Sequence record: NZ_LR134454.1
Direction: 5' to 3' (one strand)
Source of the DNA: a plasmid
Length of the DNA: 64,000 nt
Positions within the stretch are counted from its first letter, which is position 1, and each line of letters starts with the position of its first letter. The notes beneath the pieces were generated by a model that saw only the letters and a program-made list of their open reading frames with translations, had not been told where the DNA came from and did not search any database. Shown here piece after piece: positions 53,115 through 63,292 of this stretch. Made by a program: the position numbers and the translations under genes.

Positions 53115-53954
53115 CTACCTCCCGTCGCCGCCGGAGGGGTCGCCCGACGGTGCCTGATCGTCGAGCCTCGGCGCGCGGCCGCGGCCCGCCTTCTCGGCGG
53201 CCTTCGCGTCCTTCTCCGCCTGCTTGGCGATGGCCTTGGCCTCCTTCTCGACGGCCTTCTGCTGCTTCTTCTTCGCACGCTTGCGGCGCTGTACCTCGAG
53301 GAAGATCGCGAGAGCGATCGCGGCGACCACGCCGATGACGACGCCGATCAGCGTGGACCAGCGGAAGCCGGCGGCGTTCTGGTCGAGCTTGGTGCGGGCG
53401 TAGTTCGCGCCGCTGCCGGTGCCGATGGCGACGGCCAGGGTCATGAGGTTCGGCACCGCCACGACCACGGCGATGAGCCCCAGGACGGTCGCGATCTTCG
53501 GGTGGCTGGCCGCACGCTTCGCTGCGGACCACAGGATCAGGAGGGGGAGCCCGGCGCAGAGGAAGCCGATGCCCAACCCGAAGACGGTGCCCTTGAGGGT
53601 GCCGCCGTCGGTGCCGACCCAGCCGACGAGCATGTCCGCCCACTTGCGCGGGAGGTACGCGGCGAGCGCGAAGTAGGCGGCGATCAGCACCGCCACGAGG
53701 ATCGCGGCGACGATCGCGCGCTTGAGCCACTTCTTCGCAGCATCGCCCGCGCGGGTGGCGGCGTCGCCGGCCGCGGTCTTCGCTCGCGTGGCCACGTCGT
53801 CCGCGTGGGTCTTGGCGCGGGTGGTCGCGTCGTCGACGTGGGTCCTCGCGCGGGTCGCCGCGTCGTCGACGTGCGTCTTCGCGCGCGCGGCGAAAGCGGG
53901 CTTCGACTCGCCTTCGGGCTGGTCGGGGGTCGGATCGTCCGGTGTGGCGCTCAT
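53115..53954 (-). CDS. Hypothetical membrane protein with N-terminal THVDDATTRA repeats and Lys-rich C-terminus
   Basis: Repeated (A)(T)RA(K/R)THVDDA motif at ~aa 25-65. Six TM helices. KKKQQKAVEKEAKAIAKQAEKDAKAAEK tail. Confidence 0.5.
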   Translation of the reverse strand: MSATPDDPTPDQPEGESKPAFAARAKTHVDDAATRARTHVDDATTRAKTHADDVATRAKTAAGDAATRAGDAAKKWLKRAIVAAILVAVLIAAYFALAAYLPRKWADMLVGWVGTDGGTLKGTVFGLGIGFLCAGLPLLILWSAAKRAASHPKIATVLGLIAVVVAVPNLMTLAVAIGTGSGANYARTKLDQNAAGFRWSTLIGVVIGVVAAIALAIFLEVQRRKRAKKKQQKAVEKEAKAIAKQAEKDAKAAEKAGRGRAPRLDDQAPSGDPSGGDGR

Positions 53955-54032
53955 CGCACCAATCTATCCCGTCCTTTGCCGACGCACATGGTGTACGTTT
54001 GTACATGTACAGACGTCCATAAGGAGTGAACG

Positions 54033-54599
54033 ATGACCGCAGCACCCCGCCGCCGCGACCCCGAGCGCCGCCGCCGCGAGATCGTCGAGGCTGCCGCGGC
54101 GATCGTCGTGGAGCTGGGCCCCGACGCGCTGACCCACCGCAAGGTCGCCGCGCGCGCCGGCGTGCCGCTCGGTTCGACGACCCAGTACTTCGCGACGCTC
54201 GATGACCTGCGGGCCGCCGCACTGTCCTCCCTGATCCTCGAGGCGGAGCAATGGCTCGATGCGCTGGAGGAGACCTTCGTGCGGGAGGGGGCTTCGCCGT
54301 CGGCCTACGCGGCCGCGGTGCACCGCTACCTGTGCGACCCCCAGCTCGTCGGGGCTGATTTCGCCCTGACCTGCGCCGCGCCCCTGCATCCCGGGCTCAA
54401 GGAGCTCAGCGACCGGTGGGCGGCGGACTTCGCCGAGACGCTCGAGCGGTACGTCACGCCCGAGAGCGCCGCCGCCGTCGGCATGTTCACGGACGGCGCG
54501 ACCATGCACACCACCCTCACCGGGCAGCCGGCCGACCCGGGACTGCTCGACCGCGCGATCACCGCGCTCTGGAAGCCACGACAGGAGACGACGGAATGA
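54033..54599 (+). CDS. TetR-family transcriptional regulator
   Basis: HTH LTHRKVAARAGVPLGSTTQYF. Confidence 0.8.
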   Translation: MTAAPRRRDPERRRREIVEAAAAIVVELGPDALTHRKVAARAGVPLGSTTQYFATLDDLRAAALSSLILEAEQWLDALEETFVREGASPSAYAAAVHRYLCDPQLVGADFALTCAAPLHPGLKELSDRWAADFAETLERYVTPESAAAVGMFTDGATMHTTLTGQPADPGLLDRAITALWKPRQETTE

Positions 54600-56125
54600 C
54601 CGACATCCAGACCCCGCCGGTGGCGTCCGCCACGCGACGGTGGGCGGCGGCCCTCCTGCTCTCGGCGAGCCTGCTCGTCATCACCGTGGACATGACGATC
54701 CTCAACATCGCCGTCCCCGATCTTGCGGCCGACTTGCGACCGACCGCCGCGCAGCAGCTGTGGATCATCGACGTCTACTCGCTGGTGCTCGCGGGCCTGC
54801 TCGTGTCGACGAGTTCGCTCGGGGATCGCTTCGGGCGCAAGCGGATGCTGCTCCTCGGCTACGTCGTGTTCGGCGTCGCGTCGGCCTTGGTGCTGTGGGC
54901 GGAGACGCCCGGCCAGGTGATCGCGCTGCGCGCGGCGCTCGGCGTCGGCGGCGCGATGATCATGCCCACCACGCTGACGATGTTGCGCGTGATCTTCACC
55001 GATCCCGCGGAGCGCGCGAAGGCCCTCGGCCTGTGGGCCGCGGTCTCGGGCGTCGGCGCCGCGGTCGGCCCGATCGTGGGCGGCGTCCTGCTCGAGAACT
55101 TCTCCTGGCGCGCGGCTTTCATGGTCAACGTGCCCATCATGGCCGTCGTGCTGATCATCGGGATCTTCCTGCTCCCCGAGTCGAAGGTCGCGACGACCGG
55201 GGCGTGGGACTGGCTCGGCGCGCTCATGTCGATCACCGGGATGGTGGCGCTGGTCTGGGCCATCAAACGGTTCGCCAAGGATCACACGTTGCTGTCGGGT
55301 CCGGGCCTCCTCGCGCTGCTGCTCGCGGTCGTCGTGCTCGGACTGTTCGTCCGGCGGTCGCTGCGCCGCGCGAACCCGCTGCTCGACGTGCGGCTGTTCG
55401 AGCGCCGGCAGTTCTCCGCGGGCATCCTCGCGGCGCTGGGCGTGATGTTCGCGATGGCCGCGGCCCTGCTGCTGCTCGCGCAGTGGATGCAGCTCGTCGC
55501 GGGCTACGGGCCCATCGAGACCGGCGTGCGGCTGTTGCCCGTCGCCGTGGCCGCGGTCGTCGCGTCGCTGGCCGCGCCGTGGTTGGCGAACGTGCTGGGT
55601 GCCCGGGTGGTGCTCGCGGGCGGCCTGGTCGCGGCGGCGATCGGGATGGTGCTCATCGCCGCCCCTGCGCAGCTGGACTACGTGGGACTGTTGGCGCCGC
55701 TGGTCCTCGTGGGCCTCGGCATGGGCGCGATGACGGTGGCCTCCGCGATGATCATGTCGGGCACGCCGGAGGAGAAGGCGGGCAACGCCGCCGCGCTCGA
55801 GGAGACCAGCTACGACCTGGGCAACGTGCTCGGCGTCGCGATCCTCGGCAGCGTCGCGGCGATGCTCTACACCGCCGACGCCGACTTCGGTTCGATCCCC
55901 GGGGTCGACGCCGCCACGGCGGGCGCGGCCGGGGAGTCACTGGGCGCCGCGATGGCGATCGCCCAGCAGGCAGGCCTGCCCGCCCTCGCCGAGCACGCGA
56001 CCACCGGCTTCACCGCGTCGCTGCAGACCACCGGCCTCGTCGGCGGCGTCATCCTGCTCGCCGTCGCCGTGGGCGTCTACGCGCTCACGCCGAAGGGCAC
56101 CGACATCACGCAGCAGGCGCACTGA
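54596..56125 (+). CDS. MFS transporter (DHA2/14-TM drug:H+ antiporter-like)
   Basis: ATGA overlap with the TetR stop. LGDRFGRKRMLL (MFS motif A). ~14 TM helices. Confidence 0.8.
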   Translation: MTDIQTPPVASATRRWAAALLLSASLLVITVDMTILNIAVPDLAADLRPTAAQQLWIIDVYSLVLAGLLVSTSSLGDRFGRKRMLLLGYVVFGVASALVLWAETPGQVIALRAALGVGGAMIMPTTLTMLRVIFTDPAERAKALGLWAAVSGVGAAVGPIVGGVLLENFSWRAAFMVNVPIMAVVLIIGIFLLPESKVATTGAWDWLGALMSITGMVALVWAIKRFAKDHTLLSGPGLLALLLAVVVLGLFVRRSLRRANPLLDVRLFERRQFSAGILAALGVMFAMAAALLLLAQWMQLVAGYGPIETGVRLLPVAVAAVVASLAAPWLANVLGARVVLAGGLVAAAIGMVLIAAPAQLDYVGLLAPLVLVGLGMGAMTVASAMIMSGTPEEKAGNAAALEETSYDLGNVLGVAILGSVAAMLYTADADFGSIPGVDAATAGAAGESLGAAMAIAQQAGLPALAEHATTGFTASLQTTGLVGGVILLAVAVGVYALTPKGTDITQQAH

Positions 56126-56169
56126 CCCGGGCGGCTCACGATGTCGGGTTTCGGTGAGGAGGACGTGCG

Positions 56170-57135
56170 TCAGAACACCTCCGTGTCATCAGAACTCGAG
56201 ATCCTGAGCCGACTCGTCCGGGGCGCGCGATGGCGCCGCGTGCGCACGAGGTCCATGATGTCGGCGAACACCGCGTCCCAGCCGAACATCACCTCGGCGT
56301 AGTCGATCCGCAGCACGCGGTAGCCGCTCATCGTCGCGACGCGATCCCGCCGGTTGTCCTCGGTGCGCTGCGCATCGTTGTGGAACTCCCGGCTGTCGCA
56401 CTCGAGGATCAGCTTCTCGCCGACGAGCAGGTCCACGCGGCCGAGCCCCTCGATCACCACCTGACTGCGCACCAGGACGTGGTGGTTCTGGAGCCGGATG
56501 CGGGTCACGGACTCGGTGCCGGAGCCCGCCAGCGGGTCGAGGCGATCGAGCAGGCGCAGCACGCGCTGTGGCGCGCCGTCGAGGATCTCCCGCAGGTCGG
56601 CCTCGGAGTACGGATTCGGCATCCGCAGCGTCGAATCCAGCACCGCCACCAGGTAGTCATCGGACAGGCAGTTGGCCGCGCACTGCAGCGCCACGGGAAG
56701 GGGATCGACCGATCGGGCCGGCGTAGCCAGCCCGTGGTGCGAGTGGCAGCGGGCGGAGCGATCGGTCGAGCCGGGTGTGCTCGGCGTTCCGCCCGCTCGA
56801 CCGCGCGCCCGCCCCGTCCTGGCGCGGCTCGCCGCTGCCGCCGGCGCGCGGTGCACCGGCCAGCGGACGTGGCTGCGGGTGATGCCGGGCGGGACCCAGA
56901 CGCCCGGGGCGAACCGCAGAGCGGAGACGCAGGTCAGCGCGGCACCGCTGCGTACCGCCGCCACGACCGCGGGATCCGCCCCCGTGATCGCGTACCAACC
57001 CCGCCGGATCACCGTGAGGGTGCCGGCGTGGCGCAGGGCGCTGATCTCCCGCGGATCGGCGCCGTGCGCGATCAGCCGTGCCCGGGAGACGACGCCGCCG
57101 TCCGCAAGGGCGGCGATCAGCTCGATGAGGTCCAT
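56170..57135 (-). CDS. DUF559 (Vsr-like endonuclease fold) protein with AbiEi-like N-terminal domain
   Basis: C-terminal block VDLLVGEKLILECDSREFHNDAQRTEDNRRDRVATMSGYRVLRIDYAEVM characteristic of DUF559. Confidence 0.6.
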   Translation of the reverse strand: MDLIELIAALADGGVVSRARLIAHGADPREISALRHAGTLTVIRRGWYAITGADPAVVAAVRSGAALTCVSALRFAPGVWVPPGITRSHVRWPVHRAPAAAASRARTGRARGRAGGTPSTPGSTDRSARCHSHHGLATPARSVDPLPVALQCAANCLSDDYLVAVLDSTLRMPNPYSEADLREILDGAPQRVLRLLDRLDPLAGSGTESVTRIRLQNHHVLVRSQVVIEGLGRVDLLVGEKLILECDSREFHNDAQRTEDNRRDRVATMSGYRVLRIDYAEVMFGWDAVFADIMDLVRTRRHRAPRTSRLRISSSDDTEVF

Positions 57136-57307
57136 GCCGCAACGGTGCCCCGCCGCACGGGCGCGGCCGCCCGGCCGAGGGCGGTCATCCCCAATAAGCG
57201 TACGAAACCTTCGTCCGGCCGCCGACTACTTCACAATGTCGAGTTCTGCGAGGGTGCGTGTGCGTGGGAGCACGTCCACCGCTGCAGAACTCGAGATCGT
57301 GAGGAGA

Positions 57308-58042
57308 TCAGCTCGCGCGGAGGCCGTTGAGGAAGGGGCAGCCCAGCAGGATGCGGATGCCGCGCTGCAGGGCGGCCATGTCGTGGGCGGGCTGTGCGAA
57401 GTTCAGCCGCACGTCGACGTCGGAGAGCTCGTGGTGCTCGGCGCGCAGGCGGATGCCGAAGCGGTCGATGCCCAGCAGCCGGATCCGGTGGTTGCGCAGC
57501 TTGCCCGGCAGGCGGCGGGCGAGCTGCCCGACCATCTCCGGGTGGCCGCTCTCGACGTGAGCGAGCCACGCGATCTCATAGCCCGCGAAGGGATCCGGCT
57601 CGGCGGCGGCCAGTTCCTCGCCCGTCACCGACGAGGCGCCCGCGGCGTCGGCGAGGACGGCCGTCTCGATCGGCATGGTCAGCAGCCGGGAGCCGTTGCC
57701 CACGTCGAGCAGTTCCTCGAGCGGGTTGTCCACGGCGACGCGGGCGGCGAGGGCCGCGCCGTCGGCCACCTCGGACAGGCGGCCGGAGAGCCAGACGAGG
57801 GAGCGGGTGCGCTCGCGCAGCGGCAGCGGCGAGATGTCGTTGATCTCGACCATGGCGCGCACGCCCTCGAGCCACGGGACGTCGTCGGGGACGGCCACCA
57901 CGAGCCGGTCGCCCAGTACGTGGTGCAGCGCGACGGTGATCGGCTCGTAGCCGTCCGCCGCGAGGACCGCGGCATGGGGGACGGCCGCGATGGTGCGGAC
58001 GCGCTCGGCCGGTGTCGGCTCGGCGATGGTCGGGGCGCTCAT
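57308..58042 (-). CDS. Hypothetical protein (244 aa)
   Basis: ORF with no clear motif. Possibly DUF2470/PNPOx-like. Confidence 0.4.
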   Translation of the reverse strand: MSAPTIAEPTPAERVRTIAAVPHAAVLAADGYEPITVALHHVLGDRLVVAVPDDVPWLEGVRAMVEINDISPLPLRERTRSLVWLSGRLSEVADGAALAARVAVDNPLEELLDVGNGSRLLTMPIETAVLADAAGASSVTGEELAAAEPDPFAGYEIAWLAHVESGHPEMVGQLARRLPGKLRNHRIRLLGIDRFGIRLRAEHHELSDVDVRLNFAQPAHDMAALQRGIRILLGCPFLNGLRAS

Positions 58043-58126
58043 GACGACTCCTCTCGCTCGGTGGTTGTCATGAAGGTAACCCTAACCTAATGCGGTGAGC
58101 AACCCCGGGCAAGAGTTAGGGTCACT

Positions 58127-58525
58127 GTGATGGCGATCGAACTGGAGTTGCTCGCGCCCCCGCGCGAGCCGATGTCCCTGGTCGACGGTCTGGCTGTGGC
58201 GGTACCGTCGGACCGCCCGAGCTGCACCTACGCGCCCGGCGATCCCACGGCGCTCGCGGAGTTCCTCGTGCACGGCGTGCACGACGAGGGGCCCGGCTTC
58301 GAGATCGCGGTGGCGAACGCCGACGAGGCCGTGGCGGTCCTGTGCGCCACCGTCGCGGCGCTGACCGGCGACGACATCCCGGCCGCCCTCGCCGCACCCG
58401 ACGAGGCGCGGCTGGCCGCGCTCAACCCCATGGCGCAGGACGCGGTGCGTGAGCGACTGCGCCACGTCGTGACGCCCGACCCGCAGGCGCTCACCGACCG
58501 CCTGCACGCGCTGGGCCTGCGGTAA
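58127..58525 (+). CDS. Hypothetical protein (132 aa)
   Basis: ORF only. Confidence 0.35.
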   Translation: MMAIELELLAPPREPMSLVDGLAVAVPSDRPSCTYAPGDPTALAEFLVHGVHDEGPGFEIAVANADEAVAVLCATVAALTGDDIPAALAAPDEARLAALNPMAQDAVRERLRHVVTPDPQALTDRLHALGLR

Positions 58526-58526
58526 C

Positions 58527-59507
58527 TCAGGACACCTGGTCGACGGGGACGGTCCAGGCCGTCCGGCACACCTCGAGGGTGGGGGAGAGGCGGCCGCGGT
58601 CGAACCAGCTCTGCGCCGTGCCGCGGGCCAGGACGGGCTCGTTCGACGTCGCGGAGATGATCGTCCACGACGCGGACTCGGCGGAGGCCTCGTCCAGGTC
58701 GCGCGCCTGGATGCCGTGGCCCACCAGTTTCGCGAGCGTGCCGCCCGCGAGACACAGGTCCTGGACGTGGCGGCGACGCAGGTGCTCACCGCCCTGAGGG
58801 CTGGTCGGTCCGCCCGCCAGGCGGACGAGGGCATCGACGTCGGCGGCGACGCCGCTGCGGCGCTCCGTGCGCCCCGCCACGTCGAGCGCGAGCCACATCA
58901 GTGCGCCGCCCGCCTGGTTGCCGATGCCCGCGCGGGCCCGGTCGTAGTTCATGAACGTCACGCCGTCGCAGGTGATGATGCTGTCGATGCGCCGGCTCGC
59001 CGTGCACGCCCCGCCGACGGTGCCGTCGGCCGCGGGGACGACGACGTCCACCCGGACGGCGGGCAGGCCCCACATGCCGCCGAGGCACGCGACCGCGGCG
59101 TCGGCGAACGCCTCCATCGCGGCCTGGTCGGTCGACCACGCCGGGAGCGGGCACGCCGCCGGCGCGGTGAGAGTCGTCGTGAACAGGCTGTTCGCGGTGA
59201 TCTGATCGATGCTGGGCGCGGGCGGCGGCGTGGCCGCGCCGGTGATCCCGGGCAGCGGCGCCGCATCGTCCCGGCCGGACTTCGAGACCGCGGCCCAGCC
59301 GACGGCGCCCGCGAGGAGGACGACGGCGACGGCCAGCGTCAGCCAGCCGGCGAGTCCGAGGCGGCGCGGGTTCCGCACGTCGCCGGTGCCGTACAGGCCG
59401 TTCGTGTACGGGCTGCCGGTGGGCAGCCGGTCCGAGCGCCACGGATTCGGGCCCGTCGGTGCCGGTCCGGAACTGATCCGGTCCAGTGGGTTCTCGTCCT
59501 CCGCCAT
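58527..59507 (-). CDS. Hypothetical membrane-anchored protein (~327 aa)
   Basis: Start chosen at MAEDENPLD. Single TM helix (LAGWLTLAVAVVLLAGAVGWAAV) followed by an extracytoplasmic domain. Confidence 0.4.
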   Translation of the reverse strand: MAEDENPLDRISSGPAPTGPNPWRSDRLPTGSPYTNGLYGTGDVRNPRRLGLAGWLTLAVAVVLLAGAVGWAAVSKSGRDDAAPLPGITGAATPPPAPSIDQITANSLFTTTLTAPAACPLPAWSTDQAAMEAFADAAVACLGGMWGLPAVRVDVVVPAADGTVGGACTASRRIDSIITCDGVTFMNYDRARAGIGNQAGGALMWLALDVAGRTERRSGVAADVDALVRLAGGPTSPQGGEHLRRRHVQDLCLAGGTLAKLVGHGIQARDLDEASAESASWTIISATSNEPVLARGTAQSWFDRGRLSPTLEVCRTAWTVPVDQVS

Positions 59508-59594
59508 GCGCCCTCCCGCTTCTGCAAGAACGAAATGACTGTACTGAATCACCGGAGGCCCGCCCCGACGCGGTCACCCCGCTAGGCTCGTGGC

Positions 59595-60527
59595 GTGACG
59601 CGCATCGCCTACTTCGGCCCCGAGGGGACGTTCACCGAGATGGCGCTGCTCCAGTGCCAGGACCTCGCCGCCCGTGGCGTGATGGCGGTGCCGGGCGTCG
59701 AGCTCGTCGGGGCCGAGCGGATCAGCGCCCCCAGTCAGGTGGCCGCCCTCGAGATGGTGGCCGACGGTGCCGCGGACCTCGCGTGCGTGCCCATCGAGTC
59801 GTCGGTCGAGGGGCCCGTGACCCCCACGCTGGACACCCTGGGTTTCGGTGCGCCGCTGCAGATCTTCGCCGAGACCGACCTGGCCGTGGCCTTCTCCATC
59901 GCCTCCCCGAAGCCGCTCGACGAGGCGCGCACCGTGGGCGCCTATCCCGTGGCGGCGGCGCAGGTGCGTGCCTGGCTCGCCGCGAACATGCCGCAGGCGC
60001 AGGTGGTTCCGGCCGCCTCGAACGCCGCGGCCGCGCTGGACGTGGCCGAGGGGCGCATCGACGCCGGCGTCACGACCGCCCTCGCCGCCCGGATGTACGA
60101 CGTGCCCGAGGCCGCCACCGGTGTGGCGGACGTCGCCGACGCCCGCACGCGGTTCGTGCTGTGCGGCAAGCCCGGTCCGGCGCCGGCGCGCACCGGCAGC
60201 GACTGCACCGCCGTGGTGATCGACGTGCCCAGCCGGCCCGGATCCCTGGCCCTGGCCATGGCTGAATTCGCTTTGCGCGGTGTCGATCTCACCCGCATCG
60301 AGTCGCGGCCCAAGCGAACGGTGTTCGGCAGCTACGTCTTCCACTTCGACTGCGTCGGCCACATCGACGATCCCGCGGTCGGTGAGGCGCTGCGCGCCCT
60401 GCACCGCGTGTGCGACGACGTCCGGTTCCTCGGCTCCTGGCCGCGTCCCGGCGGGCCGGGCACGGCCCCCGTCGACCCCGGCGACTCCGAGGAGTGGTTC
60501 GACGGCCTGCGCAGGGGCGAACGATGA
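59595..60527 (+). CDS. pheA: Prephenate dehydratase
   Basis: IAYFGPEGTFTE start. ESRP motif (TRIESRPKR). C-terminal ACT domain. 310 aa. Confidence 0.9.
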   Translation: MTRIAYFGPEGTFTEMALLQCQDLAARGVMAVPGVELVGAERISAPSQVAALEMVADGAADLACVPIESSVEGPVTPTLDTLGFGAPLQIFAETDLAVAFSIASPKPLDEARTVGAYPVAAAQVRAWLAANMPQAQVVPAASNAAAALDVAEGRIDAGVTTALAARMYDVPEAATGVADVADARTRFVLCGKPGPAPARTGSDCTAVVIDVPSRPGSLALAMAEFALRGVDLTRIESRPKRTVFGSYVFHFDCVGHIDDPAVGEALRALHRVCDDVRFLGSWPRPGGPGTAPVDPGDSEEWFDGLRRGER

Positions 60528-61153
60528 CGGGCCTGCTGCACCTGGTCCGGCACGGCCAGACCACCGCGAACGTCGCGCGGATCCTCGACACCCGCCCGCC
60601 CGGCGCACCGCTCACGCCCGAGGGCGCCGAGCAGGCGCGCCGGTACGGCGTCGAGCGCCCCGACGCCGCGCCCGCCGTGCTGCTGAGCTCGGTCGCGCGC
60701 CGCGCGCAGGAGACGGCCGGGCACATCGCCGAGGCCTGGGGTGTCGAGACCGCCGCGATCGACGGGGTGCACGAGGTGCAGGCCGGCGACCTCGAGGGGT
60801 TCCACGACGAGGAATCCATCAAGGTCTTCCAGGACGTCGTGCGGCGCTGGTACTCCGGCGAGGCGACCGCCGCGATGCCCGGCGGCGAGAGCGCCGAGGA
60901 CCTGCTCGCGCGGTACCTGCCCGCCGTCGACGCGATCCGCGCCGAGCACCTCCCGCGGGGCGACGCCTACCTCGTCAGCCACGGGGCCGCCATCCGGCTC
61001 GTCGGCTTCCACCTGTCCGGGGTCGACGGTGCCTACGCCCACAAGCATCACCTGCCCAACACCGGGGAGATCGTGCTCCGGCCCGTGGACGGCGGTCGCT
61101 GGGAGCTCGTGAGCTGGGCCGACGCCCCGTCGCACCTGGATCCGATGGGCTAG
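60524..61153 (+). CDS. Histidine phosphatase (phosphoglycerate mutase-like) family protein
   Basis: ATGA overlap with pheA. LVRHGQT catalytic RHG motif. SHG later. Confidence 0.8.
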   Translation: MTGLLHLVRHGQTTANVARILDTRPPGAPLTPEGAEQARRYGVERPDAAPAVLLSSVARRAQETAGHIAEAWGVETAAIDGVHEVQAGDLEGFHDEESIKVFQDVVRRWYSGEATAAMPGGESAEDLLARYLPAVDAIRAEHLPRGDAYLVSHGAAIRLVGFHLSGVDGAYAHKHHLPNTGEIVLRPVDGGRWELVSWADAPSHLDPMG

Positions 61154-61159
61154 GACCCG

Positions 61160-61867
61160 TCAGCTGAAGGCGGCCTCGATGGCGATGGTCGCGGCGGCGG
61201 CGAAGCTCTTCTCGCGGTCCTCGGACGGCATCGCCTCCTCGCGGAAGAGGTGGTCGCTCACCGTGAGCACCGTCAGGGCCTCGCGGCCCTCCGCCGCGGC
61301 GACGGCGTAGAGCGCGGCGGTCTCCATGTCGACGCCGAGGACGCCGTGGTCGCGCAGCCCCTCGTGCAGGCCCGGTCGCGCCAGGTAGAAGTGGTCCGAG
61401 GAGTACACCGGGCCCACCCGCACCGGCGTCCCGGCCCGCTCGGCGGCGTCCACCGCGGCGCGGAGCAGCGGGTACGACGCGGCGGGCGCGAACTTCACAC
61501 CGGGGATGCGCGGGTCGTTGATCGCGGAGTCGGTGTGCGCGGCGGTCGCGACGATCACGTCGCCCAGCGCCAGGTCGTCCTGGAAGCCGCCCGACGTGCC
61601 GACCCGGATGATCCGCTGGACGCCGTACTCGCGGTACAGCTCCGTGGCGTAGATCGTCATCGTCGGCATGCCCATGCCGGAACCCATCACCGAGATCGGC
61701 CGACCCCCGACGGTGCCGGTGTACGCCTCCATGCCGCGCACCTCGTTGACGAGGCGGGCGTCGTCGAACAGCGTCTCCGCGATGCGCCGGGCGCGCCGCG
61801 GGTCGCCCGGCATGAGGACGGCGGGCGCGTAGGCGTCGGGGGCGGCGGAGTTGTGCGGGGTCGGCAT
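61160..61867 (-). CDS. deoD: Purine nucleoside phosphorylase, DeoD-type
   Basis: MGSGMGMPT, GTSGG and VDMETAAL motifs of the PNP/UDP-1 family. 235 aa. Confidence 0.85.
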   Translation of the reverse strand: MPTPHNSAAPDAYAPAVLMPGDPRRARRIAETLFDDARLVNEVRGMEAYTGTVGGRPISVMGSGMGMPTMTIYATELYREYGVQRIIRVGTSGGFQDDLALGDVIVATAAHTDSAINDPRIPGVKFAPAASYPLLRAAVDAAERAGTPVRVGPVYSSDHFYLARPGLHEGLRDHGVLGVDMETAALYAVAAAEGREALTVLTVSDHLFREEAMPSEDREKSFAAAATIAIEAAFS

Positions 61868-61939
61868 GCGGATTCCTTTCAGGCCCAGCCCGGGTCGTGG
61901 AGTCGGTGGCGGCGATTCCGGAGGGATGTGCCCGTCCGG

Positions 61940-62284
61940 TCAGGCCCAACCCAGGTCGTGCAATCGGTGGTCGTCGATACCAAAATGATGGCCGATCTCG
62001 TGCAGCACGGTCACCCGGATCTCGTGGCGCAACTGCTCCTCGGTGTCGCAGATGTCCATGAGCGCTTCGCGGTAGATGGTGATGGTGTCGGGCAAGGTGC
62101 CCACGTAGTTCCAGTCGCGCTCGGTGAGCGCGATGCCCTCGTACAGGCCGAGCAGCGTCGGCTCGTCCTCGTTGCGGTCGCGGACCAGCACCACCACGTT
62201 GTCCATGGCCTCGGCGAGCTCGGGCGGGACGTCGTCGAGGGCGTCCGAGACCCACTCCTGGAAGGCGCGGCGGGAGACGTGCAC
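61940..62284 (-). CDS. Zn-dependent metallopeptidase-family small protein (zincin-like, HEXXH)
   Basis: VLHEIGHHFG motif. 114 aa. Confidence 0.7.
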   Translation of the reverse strand: MHVSRRAFQEWVSDALDDVPPELAEAMDNVVVLVRDRNEDEPTLLGLYEGIALTERDWNYVGTLPDTITIYREALMDICDTEEQLRHEIRVTVLHEIGHHFGIDDHRLHDLGWA

Positions 62285-62287
62285 GGG

Positions 62288-63292
62288 CTACCGGCCGGGC
62301 GCGGGGGCCGGGGCGGGGGCGCCGGGCAAGGTGGGCATGACGGGCTTCTTGCCGTCGATGAGCAGGTCGGGGGACTTCGCGGAGCCCGTGATCGGGGTGA
62401 ACGTGTTCCCGTCCTTCGACGAGGCGAGGAAGCAGATCACCGAGCGCGACCCGGCGGTCCACGACGGCTGGGAGAGCTTGTTCCAGGCCAGCTGCAGGCC
62501 CGACTTGCGCAGCCCGTCCTGCGAGCCGAACCAGCCCGTCGTGCGCGACGGGCAGATCCGGCTCAGGTACTCCTCCTGCTGCCGGTCGGTGGGCCACGAC
62601 GCGTCGGGGAAGGCCTGCCGCATGTCGATCACGGCGGTCACCTCGATGCCGTGCGGCTGCGCGCAGCCGACGGGGCCGCTGAACTGGCCGCGCGCGTCCA
62701 GCCCGATGCAGGTGCCCGGCGGCCAGGTCAGCGACTTGTCCTGATTCACCACCTTGCCCTGCACCTCCAGGGGGTTGCCGGCACCGTCGGACACCTGGAT
62801 GCCGCAGCGCATCGTCCGGTCGCCCGACGCCCACGCCTTCTCGCCCGGCGCGAGCAGGCCCATCTGGAACCGGCCCTTCGGGTCGAGGCGGGTGCCGAGG
62901 TACTCGGTGACGACGGGCGGGCACAGCTGGTCGCGCTGCGCGGCGATCACCGACTGCGTCGGGTACGGGGCGTTCTCCGGCAGGCTGCGCGCGGGCTCGC
63001 CCGCGACCTCGAACTTGTGCGGCTGCAGGCAGTCGACGGGTGCCATCGTCGTGGGGTCCTTGTCCCAGGTCAGGCACGTGCCGGGCTTGGACCGGGCGAG
63101 GGTGGTGCCGGCGGCGGCGAGCCGCGGCGCCTTCTCCTCGTTCTTCGGTTCGAACGCGCCCGTGAAGTACAGGCCCGCGCCGATCGCGAGCGCGCCCACG
63201 ATCACCGCGGCCAGGACGGCGCGCACGGTGAGGGCGCCGGCGCGCCCCGTCGTCGAGGCGGGTGCGGGCTGGGTTTCGGTGTCGTCGGCCAT
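62288..63292 (-). CDS. Septum-formation family membrane-anchored protein
   Basis: N-terminal TM helix followed by paired Cys-containing repeats (CLTWDKD...CLQPH; CIGLDARGQFSGPVGCAQPH) typical of the septum formation domain. Confidence 0.6.
   Translation of the reverse strand: MADDTETQPAPASTTGRAGALTVRAVLAAVIVGALAIGAGLYFTGAFEPKNEEKAPRLAAAGTTLARSKPGTCLTWDKDPTTMAPVDCLQPHKFEVAGEPARSLPENAPYPTQSVIAAQRDQLCPPVVTEYLGTRLDPKGRFQMGLLAPGEKAWASGDRTMRCGIQVSDGAGNPLEVQGKVVNQDKSLTWPPGTCIGLDARGQFSGPVGCAQPHGIEVTAVIDMRQAFPDASWPTDRQQEEYLSRICPSRTTGWFGSQDGLRKSGLQLAWNKLSQPSWTAGSRSVICFLASSKDGNTFTPITGSAKSPDLLIDGKKPVMPTLPGAPAPAPAPGR

Noticed and set aside
52981-54222. 413-aa minus-strand Arg-rich ORF
   Set aside because: Off-frame overlap of the membrane protein (53115-53954) and antisense to the TetR gene. 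Poly-Arg composition.
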